The notes beneath the pieces are model-generated. The model was given only the letters and a program-made list of their open reading frames with translations. It had not been told where the DNA came from and ran no database searches. From Eledone cirrhosa (Eukaryota), in contig OZ024742.1 of assembly GCA_964016885.1 (NCBI GenBank), forward strand, positions 159,526,001 through 159,590,000: 64,000 nucleotides of DNA. The letters run 5' to 3'. The position numbers and the translations under genes are program-made. Positions 1 to 12,439 of this stretch are shown one piece after another; positions within the stretch are counted from its first letter, which is position 1; each line of letters opens with the position of its first letter.

Positions 1-1423
1 TGAAGAAATGGATCTAATGCAATTCTCGCTGCTAGCGCGTCAGTTGCAATGCCACTACAAATCGCCTCATTAATTTAGTTACCAGCTCCCCCTCCTTTCT
101 ATTTTTCTCTAACGCTACTTCTTTGCTAAACCTTATCGACATTAGTATAATCTCTCTTTTGAGAGCCCCCTTCCGCCTTGACGATGGCTCCTGGCAACGT
201 TTTCTTAACTAAATTGTTAACCTGTCCCTGTGAGCCTTACGTACCGGAAACGACATGTTCAGCTTCCAGTAACCAGTTCCTAACCTGCGATCACAGACTT
301 GTGATCTGAATAGGCGACCGTTTTAAAAAATGGACAGCCTGCACTATTCCTATCTATTGTTCTAATGATACTTTTATCTATATAAGATCTAGATGACCCT
401 ATGCGATGGGTCCAGGTCTACACTGGTGCATTAGGGAAATTCAGTCGGTACCTCTCAGACATTTGATACTGGATGATCAGGTACTTGGGGCTTTTGCACC
501 TCCGGCTCCTATCAGTTGCTCCTATACAATCCCAGCCTGCGTCTAAGATGCCGTTCCAGTCCCCCGCTAACAGTAAAGGGCGAGACGTTCCTAGAAAGGC
601 TTCCAAGCCTAAAGAAGTTCGTCCGTCTGGCCTCGGTAGAGGTGTAGACGGCCATCAGTCTAAAGGCACCACCTTCGCTATTTTTCACGTCCAGGACCAC
701 CAACTTCCCGTCCAGGTCCCAGAAGATCGATCTTACCTCGAGATCCAGGCCATTGTTAAACAGCACTGCCACCCCACCTCCCATTCTCGGCCGACTAATA
801 GATGCGAAGATCTGATAGTCATCGAAAATGGGGTCTAGTGTAAGCGTGTCGGAAATTCTGGTCTCGCTGACGGCAATTACATCCAAATCTAGAGATCTGA
901 GGTCTTTGTGCAGGCGACCCCAGGCCACGAACATCCTACTGTTTGGATAGCCATTGTGGCAGGCTAAAAGAGAGAGAGGAAAGGTTTACTTATCTCCCGG
1001 GTTCTTGTGGAGATTGGGTGGTTCGACATCTATGGTTGGTGGGGTTTCCTTTGGAAAGCCCTTTAAAAGTCTAGATGGGGTTTTAAGTTCGGGGTTCCGA
1101 CGTCCCGAGGAAAGCTCTTTCTGATTTCTTTGTAGGCACCGAACGACAGATCCTCCGGTACGCGAAATGTGCTGGTGCCGAACCCCCCCCCCCCCACACA
1201 CCTTTCTGAATTTCTTCACTTCGTGCTATGTGAGCCATCAATTCCTCGTTGACCCTTCTAACAAACACGAAGTTTTGTATGCTTTGTTGTTGTTTTATTT
1301 GTTTGCGTTTGGGTGACTGAGGCGTTGATTATTTTCCTAGTGTTGTTTTGGGTGTCTGTATTTGTTGTGGGTGCGGTGTCTGCAATTTCAGTTGTCTGTG
1401 TTTTTTTGTTTGTTCTTATTGTG
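1..1423 (-). mobile_element. L1/Tx1-like LINE, 5' part (ORF1 tail plus ORF2 APE endonuclease), decayed; runs off the left edge
   Basis: Minus-strand frames give DVIAVSETR...GGGVAVLF...LAGDWNGILD...SDHKSV...GTGYWKLN, typical of the APE and post-APE region of L1/Tx1. Homologous to 37015-38330. Confidence 0.85.
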
Positions 1424-2660
1424 ATGCGTCCATAATTTACTACCGTCTGACCACCGTGCCTTGTCTTAAGCCTCACCTGACTGCGTTGTAGCGTTTGCTG
1501 TTTCGCCTGCTGTGGAAGGGACACGCTCTGATGGTCATGCGGTCCATTTGCTGTGTACATCCGCTACGTGGAGGGATGGGAATGCCGTAGCTAATGATGC
1601 GCAGACATGCGCGCAAGCTACGGCATCTCCACCTCTTCCTCGACGGTAATCAGGTGTGGTCGCCGTTTGCTAGACGCGTTTTTCCCCAGCTCGTCTCCTT
1701 GATGGAGCTGCAGTCCTGGGTCAAGCGGAGACCGAGAGGGAGCGCTTGGAGATTGGAATGTCTTCTGTCGCTCACAGCCCTCAACTAATCGGGCGATGCG
1801 ATCGGTGGAAATATTACCTTGGCGGTCTATAGAAGGTTAGTGGAGGGAAAAGTGACGACGTCCTTGGGGAGACTCTAGGCGTCAACGAAAATCAACTAGC
1901 CAATCTCTTCGGGAGAACTTTCCTGGCTGGAGCCCATTGATAACTTCCAGAAATCCCAGGCCTGGCAGTTCGGGATAAACTCTACAGGCATGGAAGTGCC
2001 GTCAGCCGGGCCTGTCCGAGATTTGCGAGGGCGACGAAACCGTCCTGCACGCACCCGTCCAGTGTCTGACAATTGCTGGCTTGGGGGTTTATGTTGAACA
2101 CCTGCTGTCACGTGTAGGACAGATCCGGCTATCAGCTGAGTCCAACGTGAAGATTGCCCCGCCGCCTTTCTTTAGCCGGGAAGGCCAGGCAGTTTTTATC
2201 TGCCTGGTGGCCATGGCGAAAGAGGTCGTGTGGTGGACGCGTTTCAAAGTGCTAAAGACGAGCACTTGCCTTTTCAGTGATGTCCTGATTAACCTTTTCA
2301 AATTTCATTTGAAAAGGAAAATCAGGGTGGAGAGGGAAGTGCTCTCTTCCCAGCAATTTTTTTGAAAGATGGGTGAGAGAGGCAAGCATGGCCCGAATGA
2401 ATGGGCCTACTCTGAGTATGTGCCTGTAAATTGTCGATGGAAAACTGGGAGAGGGCACTTGCCCTGGTGGTCAGGGTCACCGTGGCTTTCTTAATGGACT
2501 TCCTCCCTTTTGGGGAATTTTCCTTTGTTTCTTTTTCTGTCATTTCCTTTATTATTGTTTTTTTTCTTTACACACAGAAATGCCCATTTGTACCGTCTTG
2601 TGCCGTCCTGTGCTGTCCTTAATGTTATACTTTATGTAAACCCTTTTGGTTAATTAAGAA
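1424..2660 (+). mobile_element. L1/Tx1-like LINE, 3' part (RT C-terminus/zf-RVT region plus 3' UTR), opposite orientation to the adjacent 5' part
   Basis: ASIIYYRLTTVPC...GGMGMP...VEHLLSRVGQIRLSAES...FKFHLKRKIRVERE aligns by eye with 45865-46998. Confidence 0.85.
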
Positions 2661-2674
2661 AGCATTATCATTAT

Positions 2675-5229
2675 ATCATGCCTCCAGCTTTTATAGTGAG
2701 TCTGGTCTAGGTGTTTACATTCGGATACGATGTGAGCCAAAGTCTCCTCTTTCTCTCCACAAATCCTACAGAGTGAGCTAGCCTCCTCCTTGTCAATATA
2801 GTGTTTCACCGACTTTGTTCTGAGGGCTTGATCTTGTGCAGCCAGTAGCATTCCTTCTATAGCTTTTTAAAGATTTCATCTTTTTAACCAGCTCCATGTC
2901 TATGGATCTCTGAATTCCGTTTTCTCAAAAAAGGTGTTATGAAGGGATTTTTCATTAAGGTTGCTCTTCCTCTTTGTTGTTACTTCTTCCTTAGACGTCC
3001 TCTGGTCTATTGTCTTCTTCTTCAGTACAACTTTGAGCATTGGCTCCCTACTATCAGACACATATTTGTGCAGACTGCCTTTCTCCATCTGAACACAGTC
3101 CTCTATGCTGATAAGACCTCTTCCACCTTTAAATATCTTTAAGTAGAGTCTATCAACATCACTCCTCTTGTGGAACATGCTGCAGGTAGTCATTAGCTTC
3201 CTAGTCTTCCTATCCATTTATTTTGTTCAGTACCATTCCATTTCAGAATTCCCGCCCTATACCTAATAATAGACAAAGCTCGGGAATTTACTGCACTTAT
3301 GACATTCCTACTGTTCAGATGTGATTTTAGTATGTTCCTTACTCTCCTTATATATTCAGACCTTATCACCCAGTTCATTTTATTGTTCTTGATGTCATCT
3401 ACCTCCAGAACACCCAAATACCTATATCCCTCTTCAGTGTCGATTTCCTTTATCATCTCACCTGTTGGTACCTGGATTCTGTTGCTTCTGTTCAATTTAC
3501 CCCTCTTCATCACTAGGACTCCACATTTATTAACACCAAATTACATACATATACCATTGCTGAAAATACGGACAGTGTTAACAAGTGCATCCAACTATTT
3601 TTCGCTTTTCCCAAAGAGTTTTAGATCGTCCATGAAGAGAAGGTTGTTGATTGTAAGCTCTCCTCTTCCCAGCTTGTATCCTGCCTTCACTTCTCGCAAT
3701 ATGAGGGACAAGAGTATAAGGGTAAGGATAAACAATAAAGGGGACAAACTCTCCTTGTAAGATACTTCTCTTGATCTTCACTCCTCCCAAGGGTTCACCA
3801 CCTGATGTTAGCACTGTTTCCCAGGACTTCATACTTTTACTTAATATCTGTCTGATGTTGTCTGCCACCTTGAAGATCTCTAGGTTTTTGATTATCCAAG
3901 AATGAGGAACCATGTCGAATGCCTTACTGTAATCTATCCATCCCATGGCAAAACCAGCATACCTCCTCTTTCAGTTCTTTCTTTAGACATCCTTTCTGTT
4001 CGTCCGACAATAGATTGTTTATGTGGAGGTGATTTCCTCAGACACAATGCTTGTTAGCAGTTTCCACATTACGTACAGACATGTAATAGGCTTACAGTTA
4101 GTAACTTCATTGCCCTTGATTCGGTCTATCATTACCAGAACTGTCATACCTTTTGCCAACCACTCTGGTACTTCAACAAACACCAAGCAGTTATTGAACA
4201 TGGCTGTCAGTTTTGGGTGGAGGGATGTTTTATTTTTTATCCAATATCCTTGCACACCATCTAGGCCCGCTGATTTCCAATTGGTTAATATATTGGCCTG
4301 CTTTTTAAGAGTTTCAACTATGATACTCAAATCAGGTTGTTGGTGTGCTTGTTCACCAATTTCCTTTTTAACTGCTTCAATCCACACTGCCTGACAATTA
4401 TGTCCAACATATTGCTCCCATATTCCTCTCCAAAATGCCTTAGTCTGTTTAGCGTCGTTACCTATTTCTTTTCCTCTAATCTGTTCAAATAACATCTCCT
4501 GGTTGTTGTCAAACATGCGGTTCTGTCTATACTGACAAACTCTGTTCTCATATCGTTTAATCTTTGCACTTTTTGCTATAATGCGTTGCTTAAGTTCCCC
4601 CCATGATAACATTTAGCTTTTTTCCCTTGGTGTTGTATTTTATTTTCAATCTATCTTTAGTGTCTATGTTTTGTAATGCCCCACTTAGTAAAGACTCAAG
4701 CTTTCCAATGTCTTTTCTCATTTCCTTGATTTGACCTTTTAGTCGTTTCTTCCACCAAGTCTCAGTTTCTTGTTTGTTGTTTCCTCTCGTTTCTATTCCA
4801 AGTAATTTTTTCACCACATTTGCAGTTGCTTTGAGGATGTTGTTGCATTGGTGAAGGTTCTTCGTCTCAAGGTATGGAATGACCCTCTTTACCTTAGCTG
4901 TCGTTTCTTTTAACTTTTTCCTGTCTACAAATCTTAGGTTCATAGGTTTTCCACTATCATTGTTTATTTCATCTACCATGTTCAGAATATCAACAAAATC
5001 TTACCCTAACTCAATGGCCGTATCTTTGTTCCAGATGTTATTTATTTCAGCATTCAGGTCATTTCCTGCTTCGCTTGCTTCACTCTCATTTCCAAGTGGC
5101 TCATTTGCCTGATATACTCCACCCTCCATTTCCAACTCAATCTCTCTGCTCAGTTCCTCCAGTTCCGACTCTCTTATCCATCGATTAGTTCTTATTACAC
5201 GAGCCAGATACGCCAATTTTTGTTCACCT
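2675..5229 (-). mobile_element. R4/Dong-like RLE retrotransposon, frameshifted, ending at the RHD motif
   Basis: WIDYSKAFDMVPHSW, LLFMDDLKLFGK, YRYLG, AAQDQALRT, CRICGEKEETLAHIVSEC, RHD. The N-terminal part is near-identical to 39357-40002. Confidence 0.9.
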
Positions 5230-5254
5230 AATTATTATTATCATTATTATTTGT

Positions 5255-6270
5255 TGCCATGCTTTGCAGCAAAGAGTTACGGCCCTTTATGATCTGAGTT
5301 CAAATCCCGCCGAGGTTAACTTTGCCTTTCATCCTTATGGGATCGATAAAATAAAGTACCAGTAATACCCTGGAATAATTGCTGGCTTTGTGCCAAAAGT
5401 AGAAACAATTATTATTAAGGGCGTTGGATTGGAAGTATCACGGCCTTTAACGTTCTGAGTTCAAATCCCGCCAAGGTTATCTTGGCTTTTCCTCCTTACG
5501 GGGTCCATAAAATAAAGCACCAGTAATACACTGGGGTCGATTTAATCGACTTTCCCCTCCTCCCAAATTGCTGGCCTTAGTAGAAATCATTATTGTGAAG
5601 GGCGGTGGATTAGCAGTATCGGTAGAGCGTCGGACAACATACTTCGCAGCATAGGGTTACGGCCCTTTGTGTTCTGAGTTCAACTTTCTTCGGAGTTAGC
5701 TTTGCCTTTCATCGTTACGGAGTCGATGAAATAATGCACCAGTAATGCACTGCCTGTTGAGTTAATCGACCCCGCCCCTTCAAATTGCTGGCCTTGTGCC
5801 TAAATCAGAAACCACTATTAATATTATGAAAAGTAGAATCGATAGAATGTCAAACACAATGCCTGTGGTAAGTAGTTTCACTCTTTTTCCTTTTGAATGT
5901 GAATCCCACCAAGATTTCTACTCTTTATTTTAAACGATATTGATAAAACAAATACTAGTACTTGGTCGATATAATAGTCTATACCCTTCCCCAAAATATG
6001 TGATTGTGTGTCTATGTGCTAAACTCTCATTATCACCAGAAAAAGGGCGGTGGATTGGCAGCATCGGTAGCGGGTCGGACCCCATGCTTTGCAGCATAGA
6101 GTTACGGCCCTTTACGATCTGAATTCAAATCCCGCCAAGGTTAATTTTGCCTTTCATCCTTACGAGGACGATAAAATAAAGTACCAGTCACGCACTGGGG
6201 TCGATTCAATCGACTTTCCCCTACCCCAAAATTGCTGGCCTTGTGCTTATATAAAAAAAACATTATTATC
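5255..6270 (+). mobile_element. Head-to-tail cluster of 4-5 tRNA-derived SINE copies
   Basis: Repeated GGCGGTGGATTGGCAG... head, B-box-like GAGTTCAAATCCC, core CTTTGCCTTTCATCCTTACGGGGTCGATAAAATAAAGTACCAG (Nin/Deu-domain-like) and (ATT)n tails. Confidence 0.85.
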
Positions 6271-6320
6271 ACCATAAAATCGTTACTGGTGTTAATGAAG
6301 AAACAGAAAATGATACATAC

Positions 6321-6457
6321 CTTAAATTGAACTCGAAGATCACATTTTCATGCTTTATCCATAAGTTTGAAATAAGTTTATCTTGCTGGAACCACGAAGT
6401 ACAATTCGTCCCTATTCCATTGAAATATAATTTGAGTCTACCAATTATGAGCAGCAC
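6321..6457 (-). CDS. Host gene coding exon 3 (VLLIIGRLKLYFNGIGTNCTSWFQQDKLISNLWIKHENVIFEFNL)
   Basis: Acceptor ttctacttgcag|GTG and donor AAG|gtatgt. 137 nt, phase 0 to phase 2, open frame. The FxGxGxxxxxWF...LxxxxW pattern resembles a molluscan uncharacterised domain. Confidence 0.75.
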
Positions 6458-6901
6458 CTGCAAGTAGAAATTTCAGTAACTAACAAAAGCGTTCTGATAA
6501 TATATATATATGTATAAAGATTTACATATACATAAAGTCATACATATATATGTTTTGCAACTGGTCACGTTGTGGCTCAATGAAGAATTAATAAATTAAA
6601 TAATCAGAGCAATATATCATAAATCATGTCCTTAGAATCACTAGATAAAATATATACCATTTCTTCTTCCAATTAGCATAACTAACCATATAAAAAATCA
6701 ATTAGACCAAGCTATAAGAATAAAGGCTCCTATGAAGAAATTTTTGACAAATAACCGAAAGCGGCCTCTTCACGGTGACCCCAATAGCGTATTTATCCAA
6801 CATTTCAACAGCATGTAGAAACTGACTAAATATACAGTCAACCATACACAATTAGGTGTAAATTCAAACTTAGAAGAAATGTGTACATAGAGTAATTATA
6901 T

Positions 6902-6975
6902 CTCTACCATGGTTTCGTCCGTATTTCTAGACATCCAATAACAGGATATGTCCAGAGTTTCGGACTCATCAGGAG
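6902..6975 (-). ncRNA. Type I hammerhead ribozyme motif
   Basis: ctc CUGAUGA guccg...cggac GAAA ccaugg UA gag. The adjoining 6620-6900 is homologous to 42215-42500, which flanks another HHR. Confidence 0.8.
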
Positions 6976-7099
6976 CGAACTCCAAATTAGACATTTAATT
7001 TTCCAAAGTGATCGCGCCAAAAATAGATTAAAATATGGCTAAGAATCGTGACGTGGCAGTGGTCATGTTAGAAAGAATGTGATTAGTTGCTTACGGCGG

Positions 7100-7410
7100 G
7101 TAGGCTTGCTGCTAGAAATTATGCCAACACTATGACATATCCACAGACAAAAGATGGTACAAACACACATAAAAAAAGATATCAGAGAATGGCAAAGCAA
7201 CAATTCTCTGGGATATGCCAATACATACAGACAGGGAGATCAAAGCCAAGCGACCAGACATTATAGTCAAAGACTACAAAGAGAAGAAATGTCTTCTGAT
7301 TGATGTATGAATCCCAAATGACAACATTTCTACCAAGGAAATGGAGAAACTATCCAAATATAAAGATCTAGAGATAGAAATAACCAGAATGTGGATGTCA
7401 AAAACCACCA
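7100..7410 (+). mobile_element. R4/Dong restriction-like endonuclease fragment
   Basis: ILWDMPIHTDREIKAKRPDIIV...KLSKYKDLEIEITRMW (PD-D/ExK RLE motif). Confidence 0.8.
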
Positions 7411-7567
7411 GGTCAGGCCTATTGTGTTCTAATTTCTTGTTTGTCTGTATCCTGAAATCCCTTAGCACCTTCACTTGATCGTTTTCTATCAACTCTGGCT
7501 TATGCTCATACTTCTCAGAATGTGGTAAATTATTTAGTCTGTATCACCAGTGAATCACCTTTCCTAC
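7397..7567 (-). mobile_element. Second RLE fragment, tail-to-tail with the previous one
   Basis: VGKVIHW...ENDQVKVLRDFRIQTNKKLEHNRPDLVVFD. Confidence 0.75.
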
Positions 7568-7762
7568 GGATTGACAGTATCGGTAGAGGGTCGGACAACA
7601 TGCTTTGCAGCACATAGTTACGTCCCTTTACGGACTGAGTTCAAATCCCACCGAGGTTAACTTTGCCTTTCATCCTTACGGGGTCGATAAAATAAAGTAC
7701 CAGTAATGTACTGGGTAATTGCTGGCCTTGTGCCAAAAGCAGAAACAATTATTATTATTATT
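7568..7762 (+). mobile_element. tRNA-SINE (same family as 5255-6270)
   Basis: Same head, core and (ATT)n tail. Confidence 0.85.
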
Positions 7763-8285
7763 GCTTGTCGGACGGAGAGGACGTGTTTTTATGAGTTGCG
7801 TTAGTTAGCGATTTTTCAATTTTTGCATTCAAATAATTGTTGTGTTTTTAATTTTTTTTAATTACAAAGGGGTCATAAGACTTCGTTCTGTGTCGTGTGA
7901 AGGGGAGACTTTGTAATATTTGGGCCTTTTGGCCCAAATATTTAAACTTTATGAGTTTTAAAATTTTTATCTAGAAAACAAAAACATGGCTGAGCCACGC
8001 CCTACAACGGTAAATCTGCTGTCGCGTGACAGCGGCTTAAACGTTGAGAGGAGGGTTACGGCAAGCACAGAAATTTATAGCACAAACACCACCACAAACA
8101 ACATGAATAACGACAGCAACAACAGCCACACTGAGAACCATAACCTTAAAAAAAATGATAACGCCTCGAAAGAAGACGGTGAGACCATCTGCACAATGGA
8201 CTCAGTCGATAACCGGATCAGTCCTACACGCGACAGCAACTGTTCGACATTGCTCCACAAGTCAGCAATGTTCGGGCACTGTTCG

Positions 8286-9785
8286 GAGTTTGGACTAGAT
8301 AAATGCGCCAAAGCCACGTTCACCAGAGGAAAGCTGCTGAGAAGTTCAGAGATTAATCTTGATCGGGGGGATGTGATAAGAGATCTTGTTCAAGAGGAAA
8401 CTTACAAATATCTAGGTGTTTGTGAAGGAGACGGAATCAAGCACTCGATGATGAGGGAAAGGATAAGGAAGGAATGTTACCACAGAGTAAGAGCAATCTT
8501 AAGAACGGAATTGAATGCAAGGAATAGGATCAATGCCATAAACACACTTGCCATACCAGTAGTAACCTACAGTTACAATGTCATCAACTGGTCAAGCACA
8601 GAGATCTGTAGGCTCGATACAAAAATTAGAAAATTCTTAACCATGCACAGAATGCATCACCCTAATGCAGATACATATAGAATATATCTCCCTAGGAAAG
8701 AAGGAGGATGTGGATTAATACAGTTAGATATTGCTTTGAAAACTGCAACAATTGGATTATCTACATATCTAAGGGAATCACATGATTGGATGATCAAACT
8801 CGTTTTGAAACATGAAAGCATCAAAAGATCATACCTGATTACAAAAGATGCACAAAGATACAGTAATGGACTACAAATTTCAGAAGTTTCCTTTACTGCT
8901 GAAATGAAAAATACAGAAAAATCAAAGCCGGTAAAAGTAACTGCAAAGAAAGAACTGCTACAGAAACTAGCTAAGAAATGGCAAGAAAAGCCTCTGTATG
9001 GAAAATACCCAGAAAGAGCTAACAATCCTGATGTTGACAAAACTTTAACCCATCAGTGGTTGGCATCCTCTGGACTGAAATCGGAAACTGAAGGACTGAT
9101 TATATCAGCCCAAGATCAGTGTCTGCCAACAAAAAATTATCAAGCCAACTTCATAAAAAATGGATACAACCCATTATGCCGTGTATGTAAAAAAACAACC
9201 AGAGGCCATTGATCATATAATTTCAATGTGCAGCCCTATAGCTCCAACTGAATACCTAAACAGGCATGACAGAGCTGCACAATACATACATTGGGTAATG
9301 TGTAAGCATTTTGACCTGCCCTATCAAAAGAATTGGTGGGAGCATCAACCACCTCTCGTACCTGATAGTTCCAATAGACAAGAATGTATCTATAAAACAT
9401 TTGAAAAATTGAGCAAGTATAAGGACCTGAAGATAGAAATTGGAAAAATGTGGAAATTGAGAACTAAAACAATACCAGTGGTTGTAGGTGCTCTAGGAAT
9501 TATACCTAAAGGGTCTAATGATTACTTATCCCAAATCCCAAGAAACCCGCGTTTAGAAGAAATACAAGAGATAGTACTAATGGGAACTGCCCATATACTA
9601 TGGAAGATTCTGTCAATATAAGTACATAACAAGTCTAAACACCTAAAGATGCATGTGTGTGTATGTATGTTCTTTCTTGAACATGGCGGACCTTGTTGTC
9701 TCTTGAGGTCACTGGTTGTGACTTGGTGATAACTCGTATGAACATAAAGCAAGATAAATGCAATAATAATAAAAATAACAATAAT
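8286..9785 (+). mobile_element. R4/Dong-like element, 3' half (RT thumb, CCHC finger, RLE with internal deletion, (AAT)n tail)
   Basis: EFGLDKCAK, YKYLG, SAQDQCLPT, CRVC...HIISMC, RHD, KLSKYKDL. The RPD region is deleted, there is a frameshift near 9200, and the tail is AAT-rich. Confidence 0.9.
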
Positions 9786-10020
9786 ACAAGGGCGATTTGT
9801 TAAGCCTTCATTACGTTTATTGATTGGTGACGCGCATTTAACTATTGATCAGTCGGACCTCTGCCGTAGTAATGACATTACTACAGCAGAGGTACGACGA
9901 GCTTTTGATTCCAGAGTCGTGCCAGATCGATGCAGATCGAACCGTGAGCTGATAAATAGCGAAACACGCGTCCCCAATCAATAAACGTAATGAAGGCTTA
10001 ACAATCGTCCTTGTATTATT
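9780..10020. repeat. Inverted-repeat element (about 55-bp arms) with an inner hairpin; arms carry HHR-like 3' halves
   Basis: aataatacaagg...ttaagccttcattacgtttattgattgg is mirrored at 9968-10020. Inner hairpin acctctgccgtagtaatg/cattactacagcagaggt. GAAA cacgcg TC at 9961. Confidence 0.7.
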
Positions 10021-10120
10021 ATATTACACTCTGTCTAGCTCTACACCTCGCTACTGACGTGAACCTAAACATCGAGTGCTCACCTAGGTGAACCTACAGT
10101 AACTTCACGTTACACTCCCT

Positions 10121-10161
<41 letters not shown>

Positions 10162-10246
10162 CACATAAATCTGGATGGGTTTAGTTTCAAACTGCTTAGA
10201 CTATTACTCAACAGAGTACTAGATACTTGGGGTAGTGGAGTATGGT

Positions 10247-10348
10247 TATATTATAAAGAGTCGGGACCCAATGGCTGAGCTCTTGCCGTTTCAACAGGTT
10301 GAATCGGCAAGAGCTTAGCCGTCGGGTACTGACTCTTTATAATATATA
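10247..10348. repeat. Palindrome made of two HHR 3' halves (family of 42735-42832 and 56673-56768)
   Basis: Each strand reads GAA(A/T) cggc aagagct(c/t)a gcc(g/a) T(C/T) gggt. Flanked by TA-rich sequence. Confidence 0.7.
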
Positions 10349-10498
10349 TTCTCCCGTCATTAAGGAAATCGCGAGTCTACTGATTCCAGAGTTGAGCATG
10401 ATCGATACTGATCTTACCTTGAGCTGATCGATCGCGAAACGCGCGTCGCACGTGAATAAACCTAATGATGATATTTCGACACCTCATTCCTACTCCTT

Positions 10499-10537
<39 letters not shown>

Positions 10538-10597
10538 CAATAATGATAACTGCGAAGGTCAGTATGGAAGTACATAACTCATTTTATACGCCATCTG

Positions 10598-10676
10598 CTG
10601 TAATACATATTTGCAAGGTGTTCATGATTATGCAATGCAGTCATAACGCAACCATCAACACCACTTCATCAGACAG
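10598..10676 (-). ncRNA. Degenerate type I hammerhead (GAAA reads CAAA)
   Basis: cugu CUGAUGA ...ggugUU/AAcacc... cAAA uaugua UU acag. Lies about 60 nt from a (TA)n tract. Confidence 0.6.
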
Positions 10677-10754
10677 TATCTTAGGTAATGAGGTTGCTAT
10701 GTAACATTACTATTTCAATAAGGGCTATAGATGAGTGCCACAGAAATATGTATT

Positions 10755-11078
10755 ACGACGTGGGACCTCTGAATATAAAAGCCACAAGAAGACTCTTAAT
10801 GGGGTTCCCAAATGAAACCCCACCAGATATGGAGGTCGACCCATCCATTCTCCAACAGCACCCGGAGATTTAGTCAACCTCCTTTCTAACAAACTAACAT
10901 GCCGATTCAGTAAGGTGTATAAATGTGTGTAAGGTGTATAAATGTGCGTGGCCTGGGGTCATCCTGGAAGCAAGGTTGCTTGCTCAACGATCTCAGGTCA
11001 TTAGCTGTGGATATACTAACCGCCAGCAAGACCAGGATTTCCAAGACGTGCGCTCTAACCACTATTTTTGAATATTTT
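10755..11078 (+). mobile_element. L1/Tx1 ORF1-end/ORF2-start fragment
   Basis: LLMGFPNETPPDMEVDP followed by NVRGLGSSWKQGCLLNDL; matches the other copies. Confidence 0.75.
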
Positions 11079-11924
11079 AGATAGTGCATATTACATTTGT
11101 GAAGTTTTAAACTTTTTAATTTTAATTTTTAACTCCTATCTACGCCGGATTACTCGCGTACCCTCCCCAGCTTTCTTAAAACATTTTTCCAAACTCCGTT
11201 GTCCCTCCCCACTCTCTCTCTCCGACCTCTCCATTTCCCGAAGAAGAACTTATGCCCGGCACATCGAAACCCTAATTTACTTCTTCCTAGGCATGAAACT
11301 AATAAGACTTTGTGTTTCTGCATGTGTTGTCTATTCTTGAACCATATACTAATTCATTCATTTACTAACGTTATCAATATACGAAGACGAGGTTAGATGT
11401 GTGACCGGGGCTGCCTGGCTGATGTGTGACTTTGGGCAGTGATGGAAAGTTGAGCATGCTGTCACTAGAATCCTTAATATACTGGCAGACCGACTGGTTT
11501 GTCGTTGATGTTTTTCTCTTTGTATTTTTTTTTGTTTATTTATTTATTTTGTTTTGCGTGTTTGCGTCTTTCGCCTTTGTTGGCCTGCGAGTTGTTTTGA
11601 TTGTTGCTAGAACTAAGGGTGGTGGTTGGTGCTGGTGTGTGGCTGTGTTTACCCCCTTTCCTCCATCTCATTCAATGTTCACAAAACGTTGTAGTCGTCT
11701 CTGTATGTTTGTTTCCAAGGATTCTGCTAGTGTGGTTTCGTCGCATCTGTCCTCGCGGCGTGTGAGCTCGTCTCTGGTTACGTGATATTTCAAGCTCTGT
11801 AGGTATGCAGAATCTGGTGGAGGAAGATATCCCTCTTCGCTTCCTTCTTGTAGAAGATGATGGTTGCTTTTTCTAAAACATGATGGTTGCTATTTCTACG
11901 GAAATACTTCATATATATATATAT

Positions 11925-11991
11925 AGGGGGGATTCCCGAAAAGATAAAATGCCGGTATACCTAGCCGAGCGCCAGCCGGACGAGTCAGCTA

Positions 11992-11992
<1 letters not shown>
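11925..11992 (+). mobile_element. Helitron-like 3' end between (TA)n tracts
   Basis: GC-rich imperfect hairpin followed by CAGCTAG|T. Confidence 0.4.
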
Positions 11993-12031
<39 letters not shown>

Positions 12032-12149
12032 GTATATACTTATATACGTATATGTGCGTTTGTGAGTGTGTATATATATGTATGTATGTTTTTGTGTATA
12101 TATATATATAAACAAATAGTAAAATAGTAGAGAGGAAAGAAAATGCTGA

Positions 12150-12247
<98 letters not shown>

Positions 12248-12303
12248 AGGCTGCTTATTAATTAAATAACAATCATTAAACAAATCTCAAATATATATAT
12301 TAC

Positions 12304-12395
12304 CTTTTTAATAGACAAACTCTCCCAGTAAATATACATAATATTTCGAAAAAACTTGTTATTCTTTATTCTAAATACTTCCACCTTTTCATTAT
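12304..12395 (-). CDS. Host gene coding exon 2 ((D)NEKVEVFRIKNNKFFRNIMYIYWESLSIKK)
   Basis: Acceptor ttttactcacacag|AT and donor AAG|gtaata. 92 nt, phase 1 to phase 0, exactly bridging the flanking exons. Too short to appear in the ORF track. Confidence 0.75.
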
Positions 12396-12439
12396 CTGTG
12401 TGAGTAAAAGATAATAAACAATCTTTTTTTATGTATAGA

